Shown here in pieces: positions 1-10,323 of a DNA stretch of 64,000 bases. A program made the position numbers and the translations under genes. Each line of letters opens with the position of its first letter. Within the stretch, counting starts at the first letter, position 1. The notes beneath the pieces are model-generated. The model saw only the letters and a program-made list of their open reading frames with translations, had not been told where the DNA came from and did no database searches. Source of the DNA: an uncultured Planctomycetota bacterium (lineage in GTDB: Bacteria; Planctomycetota; PLA2; JAEUHO01); NCBI GenBank assembly GCA_963752285.1, contig CAVVXN010000005.1, positions 1,984,001-2,048,000 of the forward strand, in the 5' to 3' direction.

Positions 1-594
1 CTCCTCGAGGTCGCGCTCCACGCCTGCCAGGCGCTCGACGCGCGCGGCTACCCCCTCGCCGACCACCTGGACGTCGTCCTGCCCCTCTACCTGGACGGGG
101 AAGACCAAGTGGCCACGGGCGTGCTCCGCCTCCTCTCGACGATGCAACCGGGCCCGAGGGCACGGGACGTCCTGGACCTGCTGCGCCGCCAGATCCAGAG
201 CTCCGAGGACCCGCACCGGTTCGCCGCGCTGTGGATCCTCGCGAACGTCGAGGGCGACGACGCCGCGGTCGAGAAGCTCTTCGACGAGGCGTTCGAAGAC
301 CCGACGCCGCTCCGGGACGTGGGCGTGATCTCGGCGCTCGGGGAGGCGACGACGCACATGGCGCGTCGCGTCGCGATCCTGGAGGCGCACGCCGACCGGG
401 CTCCGGACGAGGTCGCGGCGGTACTCGGGAGATTCGCCGTGGCGGACGACGGGGCCCTCGCCGCGCTCGAGCGCGTCGCCGCCGCCCACCCGGAGGTCCG
501 CTGGCGCGTCGACCTCGCCCACCAGCGGCGGGAGGCGATCGCCCGTCACCCCGGAGAGGGCGCCGCGGGCACGTCCTCCTCCGGGTGGAGGTAG
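1..594 (+). CDS. 5'-truncated hypothetical alpha-helical (HEAT-like) protein
   Basis: Frame 1 is open from base 1 (LLEVALHACQALD...) to TAG at 592-594. Ala/Leu-rich helical pattern. The 3' end overlaps the convergent antiporter gene. Confidence 0.55.
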   Translation, partial: LLEVALHACQALDARGYPLADHLDVVLPLYLDGEDQVATGVLRLLSTMQPGPRARDVLDLLRRQIQSSEDPHRFAALWILANVEGDDAAVEKLFDEAFEDPTPLRDVGVISALGEATTHMARRVAILEAHADRAPDEVAAVLGRFAVADDGALAALERVAAAHPEVRWRVDLAHQRREAIARHPGEGAAGTSSSGWR

Positions 595-1853
595 CGGCGC
601 ACCACGCGGCCGATCGTGAGGCCCTGGACGAGGATCGAGAACACCACGACCACGTAGGTCATCGTGATGATCTCGTCCACGCCCGTCCGCTCGGCGCCGC
701 GCGGGAACCGGTCGCGAAGCGACAGCGCGAGGGCCACGGAGATCCCGCCACGGAGCCCGCCCCACGTCAGGACCTTCACGCCGTGCGACGGAAACGGGCG
801 GAGGAGACGCAGGGCCGTGGCGGGCACGCCCACGGCGACGAAGCGCGCGAAGAGCACGGCGGGGACGGCCACCGCGCCCGCGAGGAGGTACTCGCCGCGC
901 ACCGTGATCACCATGACCTCCATGCCGATCAGCAGGAAGAGCACGGCGTTCAGCACCATGTCCACGAGCTCCCAGAAGCCGTCGAGGTGCTCGCGGGTGA
1001 GGTCGGACATCGCGAACGCGCGCCCGTGGTTCCCGAGCAGCACACCCGCCACGACCATCGCGATCGGACCGGAGACGTGGAGCGCGTTCGCCGCGGCGTA
1101 TCCGCCGGTCACGAGGGCGAGCGTGATCAAGACCTCGATCTTGTACTCGTCCATCGACTTCAGCATGCGGTACGCGACCCAGCCCGTGACGAAGCCGAAC
1201 GCCGCGCCGCCGAGGGCCTCGCGGACGAAGAGGACGAGGACCTTGGCCGCATCCGGCGCCACCGCCGTGCTCCCCGGCGCCTGGGCGGTCGCGACCTCGA
1301 GCACGATCACGAACAGCACGACCCCCACGCCGTCGTTGAACAGCGACTCGCCGGCGAAGATCGTCTCGAGGGCCTTCGGCGCGTGGATCGACTCGAGGAG
1401 GCCGAGCACGGCGATGGGGTCGGTCGGCGCGATGAGCGAGCCGAACAGAAGGCAGTGGACGAGCGAGAGGTCGATTCCGAGGAGGCGGGTGGCGCCCCAC
1501 GTGATCCCGGCGACGAGCGCCGCGGTGAGCAGCGTGCCGATCGTCGCGAGAAGGCCGATGCCGAGGCCCTGCGCGCGGAGGCGTTCCAGGTCCACATGGA
1601 GCGCCCCGGCGAACAGGAGGAAGCCGAGCATCCCCTGGAGCAGCGTCTCGTTGAAGTCGATCGAGCCGAGGAAGCCCTCTGCCGACTGCCGGAGGGACGG
1701 GAAGAGCGCACCGGAGAACAGGATCGCGAGCGAGAGCACCAGCGACATCAGCATCACGCCGATCGTCGTGGGGAGCCCCAACCACTTGAAGTTCACGTAG
1801 CTGAAGACCGCAGCCAGGACGAGCAGGACCGCGACGATGTCGAAGAGCGACAT
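546..1853 (-). CDS. nhaP: Na+/H+ antiporter, CPA1/NhaP family
   Basis: About 12 hydrophobic segments; motifs LFAGAL, IAPTDPIAV, GESLFNDG and WGGLRG. Confidence 0.92.
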   Translation of the reverse strand: MSLFDIVAVLLVLAAVFSYVNFKWLGLPTTIGVMLMSLVLSLAILFSGALFPSLRQSAEGFLGSIDFNETLLQGMLGFLLFAGALHVDLERLRAQGLGIGLLATIGTLLTAALVAGITWGATRLLGIDLSLVHCLLFGSLIAPTDPIAVLGLLESIHAPKALETIFAGESLFNDGVGVVLFVIVLEVATAQAPGSTAVAPDAAKVLVLFVREALGGAAFGFVTGWVAYRMLKSMDEYKIEVLITLALVTGGYAAANALHVSGPIAMVVAGVLLGNHGRAFAMSDLTREHLDGFWELVDMVLNAVLFLLIGMEVMVITVRGEYLLAGAVAVPAVLFARFVAVGVPATALRLLRPFPSHGVKVLTWGGLRGGISVALALSLRDRFPRGAERTGVDEIITMTYVVVVFSILVQGLTIGRVVRRYLHPEEDVPAAPSPG

Positions 1854-2002
1854 CCGCAGAGTCTACCGGACGCCTCTGTCGGTCGAAGGTCCTCGGACGT
1901 ATGCTCCGCCTCTCTCGGAGCCCCGCGCCGTCGAGCGGGCCGCCGTGTTCGCGCGCGGACGTGCGGCCCGGGCCTCGACGGACGGGCGCCAGAGGAGACC
2001 CC

Positions 2003-3583
2003 TTGAAGGCGCTCCTGCTCCACCCGGAGTTCTCTCCGCACGGGTTCTGGAACTACAAGGAGGTGTGCCGGCTGCTCGGCGCGCGGTACCCCGCCTCCCC
2101 GCTCGGGCTCGTCACGATGGCGGCGCTCCTCCCCGCGGAGTGGGAGGTTCGTCTCGTGGACCTGAACGCGAGGCGGCTCGACGACGGGGTCCTCGACTGG
2201 GCCGATCTCGTCTTCGTCGGCGGCATGCTCTCACAGCAGGCTGAGACCCTCGGCTTGATCCGGCGGGCGCACGAGCGCGGGAAGCGGGTGGTCGTCGGCG
2301 GACCCGACCCGACCTCGCAGCCCGGGATCTACGCCGAAGCCGACTACCTCGTCCTCGGCGAGGCCGAGCGCACGCTGCCGCTCTTCCTCGCCGATCTCGC
2401 GCGCGGGGCGGACTCGGGCACGTATCGGCCCGGCGAGCGGATCGAGATGACCGAGAGCCCCGTGCCCCGGTTCGACCTGCTTCGGCTCCGCGACTACGTG
2501 ATGATCGGCGTGCAGACGAGCCGAGGATGTCCCTTCGACTGCGAGTTCTGCGACATCGTCGAGCTCTACGGCCGGAAGCCTCGGTCCAAGTCGCCGGAGC
2601 AGGTCGTCCGGGAGCTCGAGGCGCTCTACGCGCTCGGCCACCGGGGCCACGTGGACCTCGTGGACGACAACTTCATCGGCCACAAGGCGAGGGCCAAGGC
2701 CATCCTCCGCGCGATGAAGGCGTGGTCGGACGAGCGCGGGCACCCGTTCTACTACTCGACCGAAGCCTCTCTGAACCTCTCCGACGACCACGAGATGCTG
2801 GCGCTGATGCAGGCGCTCGACTTCCGGTACGTGTTCGTCGGACTCGAGTCCCCCGACGAGGCGACCCTGGCCGCGGTCGGGAAGCGGGCCAACGTCCACC
2901 GCGACCTGGTGCGCGACGTCCACGAGATCCAGCGGTACGGCATCGTGGTGAACGCGGGCTTCATCCTCGGGTTCGACCACGAGGACCGCGACGCCGCGCG
3001 GCGCATGGCCGATCTCGTGCGCGAGAGCCGGATCCCGATGGCGATGGTGGGGCTCCTCTACGCCCTCCCCCACACCCGGCTCACGAGGCGGCTCGCGACG
3101 GAAGGCCGGCTCCTCCTGGACCACGGCGCCCCGATCCCCGCCTCCCCCACACACGCCGACCAGGTGTCGAGCGGCCTCAACTTCGTGACCGTGCGGCCCC
3201 GGGCGCAGGTGATCGGGGACCTCGTCGAGGTCGTGGGCTCGATCTACGCCGCGCGGGCCTACTTCGACCGGTGCCTCGACCTCTGCCGGGGCTTCGAGCG
3301 CCAGGCGGGGTACGCGCCCTCCTGGCGACGCGTGCTGAGCCTCGCCCGGGGCTTCGTCCTGACCTCGGCGAAGCTGGGGTTCCGACCCTCGACGGCCTGG
3401 CTCTACTGGCGGAACCTCTTCCGGGTCCTCTTCACCCGGATCTCGGCGGTCGAGACGCTCGTGAACCTGATGGCGATGTACATCCACTTCCGCAAGCAGT
3501 CCCGCTTCATCCTCTTGACGATGCGCGGGCGGCTCGCCGAGGGGGCGGGCGCCAACGGCCTCACCCGGGCGAGCTTCTCCTGA
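2003..3583 (+). CDS. B12-binding radical SAM protein (class B methyltransferase-like, DUF4070-type C-terminus)
   Basis: TTG start at 2003 after GAGGAG. N-terminal cobalamin-binding region (PLGL...VVVGGP), CxxxCxxC motif in RGCPFDCEFC, and DDNF. Confidence 0.88.
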   Translation: MKALLLHPEFSPHGFWNYKEVCRLLGARYPASPLGLVTMAALLPAEWEVRLVDLNARRLDDGVLDWADLVFVGGMLSQQAETLGLIRRAHERGKRVVVGGPDPTSQPGIYAEADYLVLGEAERTLPLFLADLARGADSGTYRPGERIEMTESPVPRFDLLRLRDYVMIGVQTSRGCPFDCEFCDIVELYGRKPRSKSPEQVVRELEALYALGHRGHVDLVDDNFIGHKARAKAILRAMKAWSDERGHPFYYSTEASLNLSDDHEMLALMQALDFRYVFVGLESPDEATLAAVGKRANVHRDLVRDVHEIQRYGIVVNAGFILGFDHEDRDAARRMADLVRESRIPMAMVGLLYALPHTRLTRRLATEGRLLLDHGAPIPASPTHADQVSSGLNFVTVRPRAQVIGDLVEVVGSIYAARAYFDRCLDLCRGFERQAGYAPSWRRVLSLARGFVLTSAKLGFRPSTAWLYWRNLFRVLFTRISAVETLVNLMAMYIHFRKQSRFILLTMRGRLAEGAGANGLTRASFS

Positions 3584-3776
3584 GCCACGGGCCGCGACCG
3601 TGCGAGGTGGCGCCCCGGACCCGCCCGCCCACGGGCCGGCCCGCGCGGTCCCCGGCCCGGCGCGGGGGTCGTTTTGGGAACCGGCGCCCGCTTCCCTCGC
3701 CGCCATGGCGGCGGGCCAGTAGAGTCTCTGCCCGTCCGGGCCGGGGGTGCCGGTCCGGCGGGCCCGGGAGAGACGC

Positions 3777-4319
3777 ATGCCGATGCAGATCCAGTTCCCG
3801 CAGGAGGTAGGCCTGCGCGACGCGCGGCGGGTGATCATCCGCCCCTTCACCGAACACGACGCGGACGCGCTCTTCGCCTTCTTCCAGGGTCTCCCCGAAC
3901 AGGCCCAACGACTCGCGTGGGACCGGATCGACGCCCGAACCACGGTCGACGTGTGGGCCCGACGACTCGACTACGACCGCGTGGTCCCGCTCCTCGCGCT
4001 CGACGGGGAGCGGATCGTGGCCGACGCGACGCTCCACTACCGGAGCCACGGCCCGCTGCGGCGCGTCGGGCGCGTGAAGTGGCTGATCGACCCGGCCTAC
4101 CGGGGCGCGGGCATCGGGACGGCGCTGGTCACGAACTTCATCGAGATGGCACGGCTGAACGGCCTGCGCCGCCTGACCTGCATGCTCGTGGACGGCTACG
4201 AGCAGGACGCCCAGAAGACGCTCGACCGGATGGGGTTCGAGTCGCTCCGGCTCCCGGGGTACGGAACGGACCCGGACGGCGAGCAGGTGGACATGCTCAA
4301 GCTGATCCTGGCCCTCTGA
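3777..4319 (+). CDS. GNAT family N-acetyltransferase
   Basis: Acetyl-CoA motif IDPAYRGAGIGT; typical IRP start and MGF end. Confidence 0.85.
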   Translation: MPMQIQFPQEVGLRDARRVIIRPFTEHDADALFAFFQGLPEQAQRLAWDRIDARTTVDVWARRLDYDRVVPLLALDGERIVADATLHYRSHGPLRRVGRVKWLIDPAYRGAGIGTALVTNFIEMARLNGLRRLTCMLVDGYEQDAQKTLDRMGFESLRLPGYGTDPDGEQVDMLKLILAL

Positions 4320-4325
4320 CCCCCC

Positions 4326-4426
4326 CATACGGAGCCAGAGCAAATCGTCCGAATCAGCGCTCCGCCGCAGGCGGCCGACGGGGGGCCCGGCCGCCTGAGT
4401 AGGACAAATTGCTCTGGCTCCGTATG
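4326..4426. repeat. 101-bp element bounded by perfect 18-bp inverted repeats (MITE-like)
   Basis: CATACGGAGCCAGAGCAA (4326-4343) pairs with TTGCTCTGGCTCCGTATG (4409-4426). Inner 10-bp inverted repeat at 4368-4377/4388-4397. Confidence 0.6.
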
Positions 4427-4473
4427 TCCCCCCCCCGTGTGGGTGGGGGAATCGGGGGCCTCGCTCGTCGGGG

Positions 4474-5584
4474 TCAGGCGCCGCCCAGCTTGGTTCGGAG
4501 CGCGGCTTCCATGAAGGGCAGGATGTCGCCGTCGAGCACGGCCTGGATGTTGCCCGTCTCGTGGTCCGTGCGGTGGTCCTTCACCAGCTGGTACGGGTGC
4601 AGCACGTACGAGCGGATCTGGTAGCCCCAGCCGATCTCGCCCTTCTCGTCGTACCGGTTCGCCGCATCCTCCTGGCGCCGTTCCTCCTCGAGACGCACCA
4701 GCTTGGCCTTCAGCATCTGCATGGCCATCTTCTTGTTGCGGTGCTGGCTCCGCTCGTTCTGGCAGGCCGCCACCACCCCGGTCGGCAGGTGTCGGATCCG
4801 CACCGCGGACTCGGTCTTGTTGACGTGCTGGCCGCCGGCGCCGCCCGCGCGGAAGGTCTCGATCTCGATGTCGCCTTCCTTGATCTCGATGCCCTCGTCC
4901 TCCGCCACGACCGGCGTCACGTCCACGGACGCGAACGTCGTCTGACGGCGCTTCTGCGCGTCGAAGGGCGAGATGCGCACGAGGCGGTGGACGCCCGCCT
5001 CCGTCTTCAGGTAGCCGTACGCGTAGGCGCCCTGGATTTCGACCACCGCCCAGCGAACGCCCGCCTCGTCGTTGTCGAGGCGGTCCACCTGGCGCACCGC
5101 GAAGCCCATCGACTCCGCCCAGCCCGCGTACATGCGCAGCAGCATCGCCGCCCAGTCGCACGACTCGGTCCCACCCGCGCCGGCCTGGACCTGCAGGAAC
5201 GCGTCCTTGTCGTCGTTGGGGCCGGAGAGCATCGCGCGGAACTCGAGGTCCTCGAGCGACTTCTCCAGCGCCCGCGCCTCGGTCCCGGCCTCGGCGAGCG
5301 CCGACTCGTCTTCCTCCTCGGTCGCGAGGCCGAGCAGCACGTCCGCGTCCTCGAGGCGGTGCTCGAACGCGCTCCACGGCTCGAAGACGGACCTCACGGA
5401 CTTCAGTCGCGCGACCACGCCCTGCGCGGCCTCCGGATCGTCCCAGAAGCCCTCGGCGGACATCTTCTCCTCGAGGGCCTGTCGCTCGGACCTCAGGCGG
5501 TCCAGGTCAAAGCCGCCCCCGGACGAGGTCGAAGCGGTCCCTCAGGGTGGCGAGATCGGCACGGAGGTCGTCGAACGCGGACAT
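4474..5584 (-). CDS. prfB: Peptide chain release factor 2, expressed via programmed +1 frameshift
   Basis: GGQ and SPF motifs. A 25-codon first ORF from ATG 5584 ends in CTT-TGA-C, and the +1 frame continues [16 protein letters not shown]. Confidence 0.97.
5506..5520 (-). promoter_or_regulatory. RF2 autoregulatory +1 frameshift site
   Basis: Minus strand reads GGGGG-CGG-CTT-TGA-C: an internal SD-like run 3 nt before the canonical CTTTGAC shift site. Confidence 0.95.
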
Positions 5585-5639
5585 GATGGGCAGACGGTAC
5601 GGAACCGCGCGGGGCATGACAACCCGGGCCCCACCGCGG

Positions 5640-7064
5640 CTACCACCACTCGAACGCGTCCACGAACCGGCCCCCCGTGGCCGTCGCGATGCGCTTCAGG
5701 AGCGGGAAGACCTCGTCGCCGGCCGCGATCGCGTGCACGGGCACGCGGCCCTGGGAGAGGCGGCGGATCCCCTCGACCACCTCGTCGTCCCGGCGGTACC
5801 GACCGCGGTTCGGGGCGCCGTCGGACAGGAGGAAGATCGCGTCGACGCGCGAGGCGCCGGGGACCGCGCGGTCGCCGATGCCCCCGTACCCGAAGGCCGT
5901 CTCCACCGCGTCGTACAGGTTCGTGTACGACACGGTCTCGAGGCGATCGAGCCACGCCACGACCTCGGCCTTCACGACGGGATGCGCCGGGAGCAGCCCG
6001 CCCCCGCACGGCATCACCTTCTCGTTGAAGGCGATCACGTCGAACCGCGCGGTCGAGGGGAGTCCCGCGATCGTGCGCTCGAGCTCCTCTCGCGCCTGCT
6101 CGATGCCCCGGCCGTACATGCTCTGGCTCACGTCGAGGCAGAACACGACGTGCGGGTGGAGCCCGGCGATCGGGATCCCGTAGTAGGTCGGTACCCACGC
6201 CGGGACGGGGTCGTGGTATCGCGCGTCCGGATCGGAAGCCGCGGCCGACGCCGGCGGCGGGACCGGCTCCGCGCCGCGCGCGAACGCCTCGGGGTGCGCG
6301 GCGATCCACGTGCGCCACGCCGCGGCGTCGGGCGGCAGCGCCGCGTGCGTAAGCGCCGCGAGCGACTCCCACGCCGAGGTCGAGGCCGTCCGATCGCCGC
6401 CGTCCAGGATCGACACGAGCGCGCCCCCCGCCTCGCGCCCGCCCAGCCGAGCGAGCGCCCGGGCACGACCCGCCGCGACGAGGCCCGGCTCCGCGCCGCC
6501 CGCCCCCGCGACGATCGGATGGAGGAGCAGGAGCCGCGCCGCCGGGCCGCCGAGTCCGCCCACCGCCTCCACCGCGAGCGCGCGGTCGGCGGGCGTCGCC
6601 GCGGGGTCGCGGGCGCGGTCGAGGAGCGCCCGCTCGGCGTCGTCGTCGCCCCGACGCGCCCCGGCGACGTCCACGGCCGCGAGGTAGACCTCCCACGGAC
6701 GCAGGGCGGAGATCGCCTCGAGCCAGCGCCGCCTCGCGTCCGGGCCCGGGACCCGGGCCAGGAGCCGGACGGCGCGCGCCGCCTCGCGGGGTCCCCGGCG
6801 CCGCAGCACGTCGCCGAGCGCGCGGACGGCCGGGGCGAGCGCCGCGGGGTCGGTCGCGGCCACCCCCTCGAGCAGGGCGAGGGCCTCTTCCCGCGTGCCC
6901 GTGGTGGACGCGAGGAGCCGGGCCGCCCCCGCCTCCACCCGCGATCGCACGTCCTCGCCGCCCCCCCCCGCGCGGCTCGAACGGGCGCCGCCGAGGGCCA
7001 CGATCCCGACCGCGCCCAAGAAGGCGAGCGCGCGGGAGGTCCCGATGCGTACGGCCGGTGCCAC
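5640..7064 (-). CDS. Secreted HEAT-repeat protein with C-terminal vWA domain
   Basis: GTG 7064 after GGAG; N-terminal hydrophobic segment; helical repeats; MIDAS motif DVSQS...T...LSDG. Confidence 0.8.
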   Translation of the reverse strand: MAPAVRIGTSRALAFLGAVGIVALGGARSSRAGGGGEDVRSRVEAGAARLLASTTGTREEALALLEGVAATDPAALAPAVRALGDVLRRRGPREAARAVRLLARVPGPDARRRWLEAISALRPWEVYLAAVDVAGARRGDDDAERALLDRARDPAATPADRALAVEAVGGLGGPAARLLLLHPIVAGAGGAEPGLVAAGRARALARLGGREAGGALVSILDGGDRTASTSAWESLAALTHAALPPDAAAWRTWIAAHPEAFARGAEPVPPPASAAASDPDARYHDPVPAWVPTYYGIPIAGLHPHVVFCLDVSQSMYGRGIEQAREELERTIAGLPSTARFDVIAFNEKVMPCGGGLLPAHPVVKAEVVAWLDRLETVSYTNLYDAVETAFGYGGIGDRAVPGASRVDAIFLLSDGAPNRGRYRRDDEVVEGIRRLSQGRVPVHAIAAGDEVFPLLKRIATATGGRFVDAFEWW

Positions 7065-7162
7065 GAACTCTCCAACGCCGGAACCCGACCCGGCGCACCC
7101 CCCGGGGCTCCCGCCGGGTGGCAGGGCTTGTGGGTCGCGGCCGGGTTCGTATCGTACGCGCC

Positions 7163-8727
7163 ATGACCGAGGGACCGGCGCGACCGGAATCGGGGTCGGG
7201 GGCCCCCCCTCGAGCCGCCAGCCGCACGTCAAGGTGCTGCTCGCGTTTCTCGGGGTCTTCCTCCTCTTCCTGATCCTCTTCCACGGGGTCCTCTTCCCGT
7301 TCCTGATGGCGATCTTCATCGCCTACCTGATCGAGCCCCTCGTGGCCCGGATCACGCGCTCGCGGTTGCTCGGGGTCCGGTGGACGCGCGGTCCGACGAT
7401 CGTCGTGCTCTACGTGCTCGGCATCGGCGGCCTCGTGATGCTCGGCATCGCCGCCACCACGAACGTGGTCGCGCGCGCGAAGGAGCTGACGCTCGACGTC
7501 GCGCAGGGCCTGAAGGAGAACGCCGAGCGCGCGCGGTTCACGATCGAGCCCACCGAGGCGAAGGAGGGCCAGCCCGCAACCGAGGGCTTCCCCCAGGACG
7601 TCCGCATCCCCGCCGGCGTGCGCGTGGTCCTCATGCCCTGGCGCGCGCCGGAGGCCCGTGGTCCCGCGCCGCAGCCCCGCGTCTACGTGACGCACTACGA
7701 CCTGATCGTCCCGGCGGGCGACACGCGGGCGTCGATGCTCCTCGACGTCGCGGACGAGACCGTGCCTCGCGGCGCGAAGGTGGGCACGATCCTCGACGCC
7801 GACCGCGCGACCTCCGTGGACGACGGACCCGTACCCGACGCCGCGGCGCGGCTCCGCGCCGAGATCGACACGCCGGCCGAGGGCCTCGAGGTGCTCCTCG
7901 AGCGCCGCCTCATCACGCCGGTGGTGCAAAACCTCGCGAAGGCGGGGGTCCACCTCGACCCCGGCAAGCTCCGCGCGCTCCTCGCCGCGCAGGCGCGGGG
8001 CGTGAGCGAGGACCTTCCCGAGAAGATCAGCTCGTTCGGGAGGAACTTCGTCGCGAAGGTCGCGCTCTCGATCTACGAGCTGGTCCTGATCCTCATGCTC
8101 ACCGCGTTCATCGTGATGGACCGGAAGCGCATCTCGGAGTTCTTCGCGAGCCTCCCACCCCCCCGCCTGCTGGGCGAGTACAGGACGCTGCTCCGCTACG
8201 TGGACCGCGGCCTGGCCGGCGTGATCCGCGGACAGCTCGTGATCTGCGGCGCGAACGGCACGCTCACGTGGATCGGGCTCACGTTCATCCAGGTGAAGGG
8301 AGCGCTCCTCCTCGCGATCGTCGCGGGGATCCTGAGCCTCATTCCCATCTTCGGCACGATCCTGTCGTCGGTGCCCATCGTGCTGCTCGCGCTCACGGAC
8401 GGCATCGACAAGGGCCTGCTCGCACTCGTCTGGATCCTGATGATCCACCTCATCGAGGCGAACCTCCTGAACCCGCTGATCATGGGCTCGCACGCGCGCA
8501 TGCACCCGGTGATCATCGTGTTCGCCCTCCTCGCAGGGGAGCACGCCTTCGGCGTCTGGGGGGCGCTCCTCGCGGTGCCCACGGCGAGCATCGTGCAGGC
8601 GTGCTTCCTCTACTACCGGCACGAGGTCGAGGGGATCCCGTTCACGCCACCCCAGCCGCACACGTCGTGGATCGCGCGCTGGTGGCGGGCGCGGCGCGCC
8701 GCGGTCGGAAAGAGCGAGGTCTCGTGA
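7163..8727 (+). CDS. AI-2E family (PerM-like) transporter with a large soluble insertion; probable frameshift near the N-terminus
   Basis: Motifs AYLIEPLV, IRGQL, IPIFG, IEANLLNPLIMG and LLAVP. ATG 7163 is one base out of frame at the G5C7 run (7198-7209). The alternative in-frame start is GTG 7234. Confidence 0.82.
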
Positions 8728-8915
8728 CCCTCGTCGCGGGCTACGCCGACGTCCTCGGGATCGTCGTCGGCGTCGTGCTCTGCCTCTCGGGCCTCGGCCT
8801 CGTCCTCATGGGCGCGATCGGGATGGCGGACCGTCGGCTACGGCGCGGGGCGATGGGGATCGCGGCGGGCGCCGCGGTCGCGCTCCTCGGATTCTGGCTC
8901 GTCGGCGTCCTCTGA
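8724..8915 (+). CDS. Small two-TM membrane protein (63 aa)
   Basis: GTGA overlap with the upstream stop; two hydrophobic helices separated by DRRLRR. Confidence 0.65.
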   Translation: MTLVAGYADVLGIVVGVVLCLSGLGLVLMGAIGMADRRLRRGAMGIAAGAAVALLGFWLVGVL

Positions 8916-9013
8916 CACGTACGGAGTCGGGCAGTTTTCGACCACCGCCGTGACCTTCGCGTCGGCGCGATCACGAGGCACCCCGCCGCCGGGCGGAGAC
9001 TCGCGTCCGAGCG

Positions 9014-10294
9014 ATGAGCACGTCCGGGGGGCTGGGCCGGGACGCGGGAACGCGGGACGCACCGCGCGCCCCGGTGACCCCTCGCGTGCGACCGGCGGAG
9101 GGCGGAGACCCGCTGCCCCTCGAGTTCCACGTCGAGCGCCTGCTCGTGACGAAGCCCAAGGGCGTGGTCTGCCTCGTCGGCGGTCCGGGCTCCGGGAAGA
9201 CCACCGCGCTGGCCCACCTCGCCGCGGTGTTCGGACCCGATCGCCTCCGTCTGCTCGACGAGGGCGAGCACCCGCAACCCGACCCCGCCAGCATCCTCCT
9301 CGCCGTGGACGCGTCGTGGAGGCCGGAGAGGAATCCCGGGCTCTTGCGCCTCGCCCGGCGGTCCGGGGCCCGCTGGGGCGGGGTCGACCTCCGGGGCTGG
9401 GGCATGGAGAGGGCCAATCTGGAGCGGGCGGACCTCGAGGAGGCCCGACTCGACGGCGCGGCCGCCGTCGGCACGAACCTCCACGAGGCCGTGCTGCGTC
9501 GCGCCCACCTGGGCGGGATCGTCGCGAACGGGGCCGACCTCACGGGCGCCGACCTCTCCGGCGCGGACCTCCAGGGAGCTCGCCTGAGGGGCGCCCGGCT
9601 CGAAGACGCCGATCTCCGGGAGGCGAACCTCTCCGGCGCCGACCTGAGCCGCGCACGTCTCGCGCGCGCCCGCCTCGTCCGCGCGAGCCTCCGCAGGGCG
9701 GTCTTGAAGCACACGGAGATGGCCGGGGCGGACTTCACGACGGCCGACCTGTGCGGAGCCCAGGTCCTCGGGGTGCGCCTTTGCGAAGCCTGCTTCCGCG
9801 GCGCGATCTTCGCGGGAGCGCGGCTCGCCCGCTGCGACCTGGAGGGCATGGAGCTCGAGGTGCCGGACTTCGAACGCGCCTGCCTGGACGGCTCCCTGCT
9901 GACCGCGTGCGTGTTCCCCCGCGCGATCTTCCGCACCGCGATCCTGCGCAACACCGGGCTGGCCGACGTCGACTGGGAGGGCGCCGATCTCCGAGGCGCC
10001 GACGTGACCGGCGCGTCGTTTTGCCTGGGGTCCTCGCGCGACGGGCTCGTCTTCAGCCCGATCGCCTCCGAGGGCACTCGCACGGGCTTCTACACCGATG
10101 ACTACGACGAGCGGGGCTTCCAGGCTCCCGAGGAGATCCGCAAGGCGAACCTCCGTCGCTGCGACCTCCGCGGCGCGAAGGTCGAGGGCGCGGACTTCTA
10201 CCTCGTCGACCTCCGCGGCGCGCTCTACGACGCCCAGCAGGCGCGGCACTTCGCCCGCTGCGGCGCCATCCTCCGGGACCGCACGCTCCGCTGA
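9014..10294 (+). CDS. Pentapeptide-repeat protein with N-terminal P-loop
   Basis: GGPGSGKTT Walker A; long runs of A(D/N)Lxx repeats. Confidence 0.85.
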   Translation: MSTSGGLGRDAGTRDAPRAPVTPRVRPAEGGDPLPLEFHVERLLVTKPKGVVCLVGGPGSGKTTALAHLAAVFGPDRLRLLDEGEHPQPDPASILLAVDASWRPERNPGLLRLARRSGARWGGVDLRGWGMERANLERADLEEARLDGAAAVGTNLHEAVLRRAHLGGIVANGADLTGADLSGADLQGARLRGARLEDADLREANLSGADLSRARLARARLVRASLRRAVLKHTEMAGADFTTADLCGAQVLGVRLCEACFRGAIFAGARLARCDLEGMELEVPDFERACLDGSLLTACVFPRAIFRTAILRNTGLADVDWEGADLRGADVTGASFCLGSSRDGLVFSPIASEGTRTGFYTDDYDERGFQAPEEIRKANLRRCDLRGAKVEGADFYLVDLRGALYDAQQARHFARCGAILRDRTLR

Positions 10295-10323
10295 CCGCGG
10301 CGACGCGACGCCTCCGTCGTGGG

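Noticed and set aside
2003..3583. Hopanoid C-2 methylase hpnP
   Set aside because: Same broad family, but no hopanoid genes are nearby and I cannot place it in the HpnP clade without a phylogeny.
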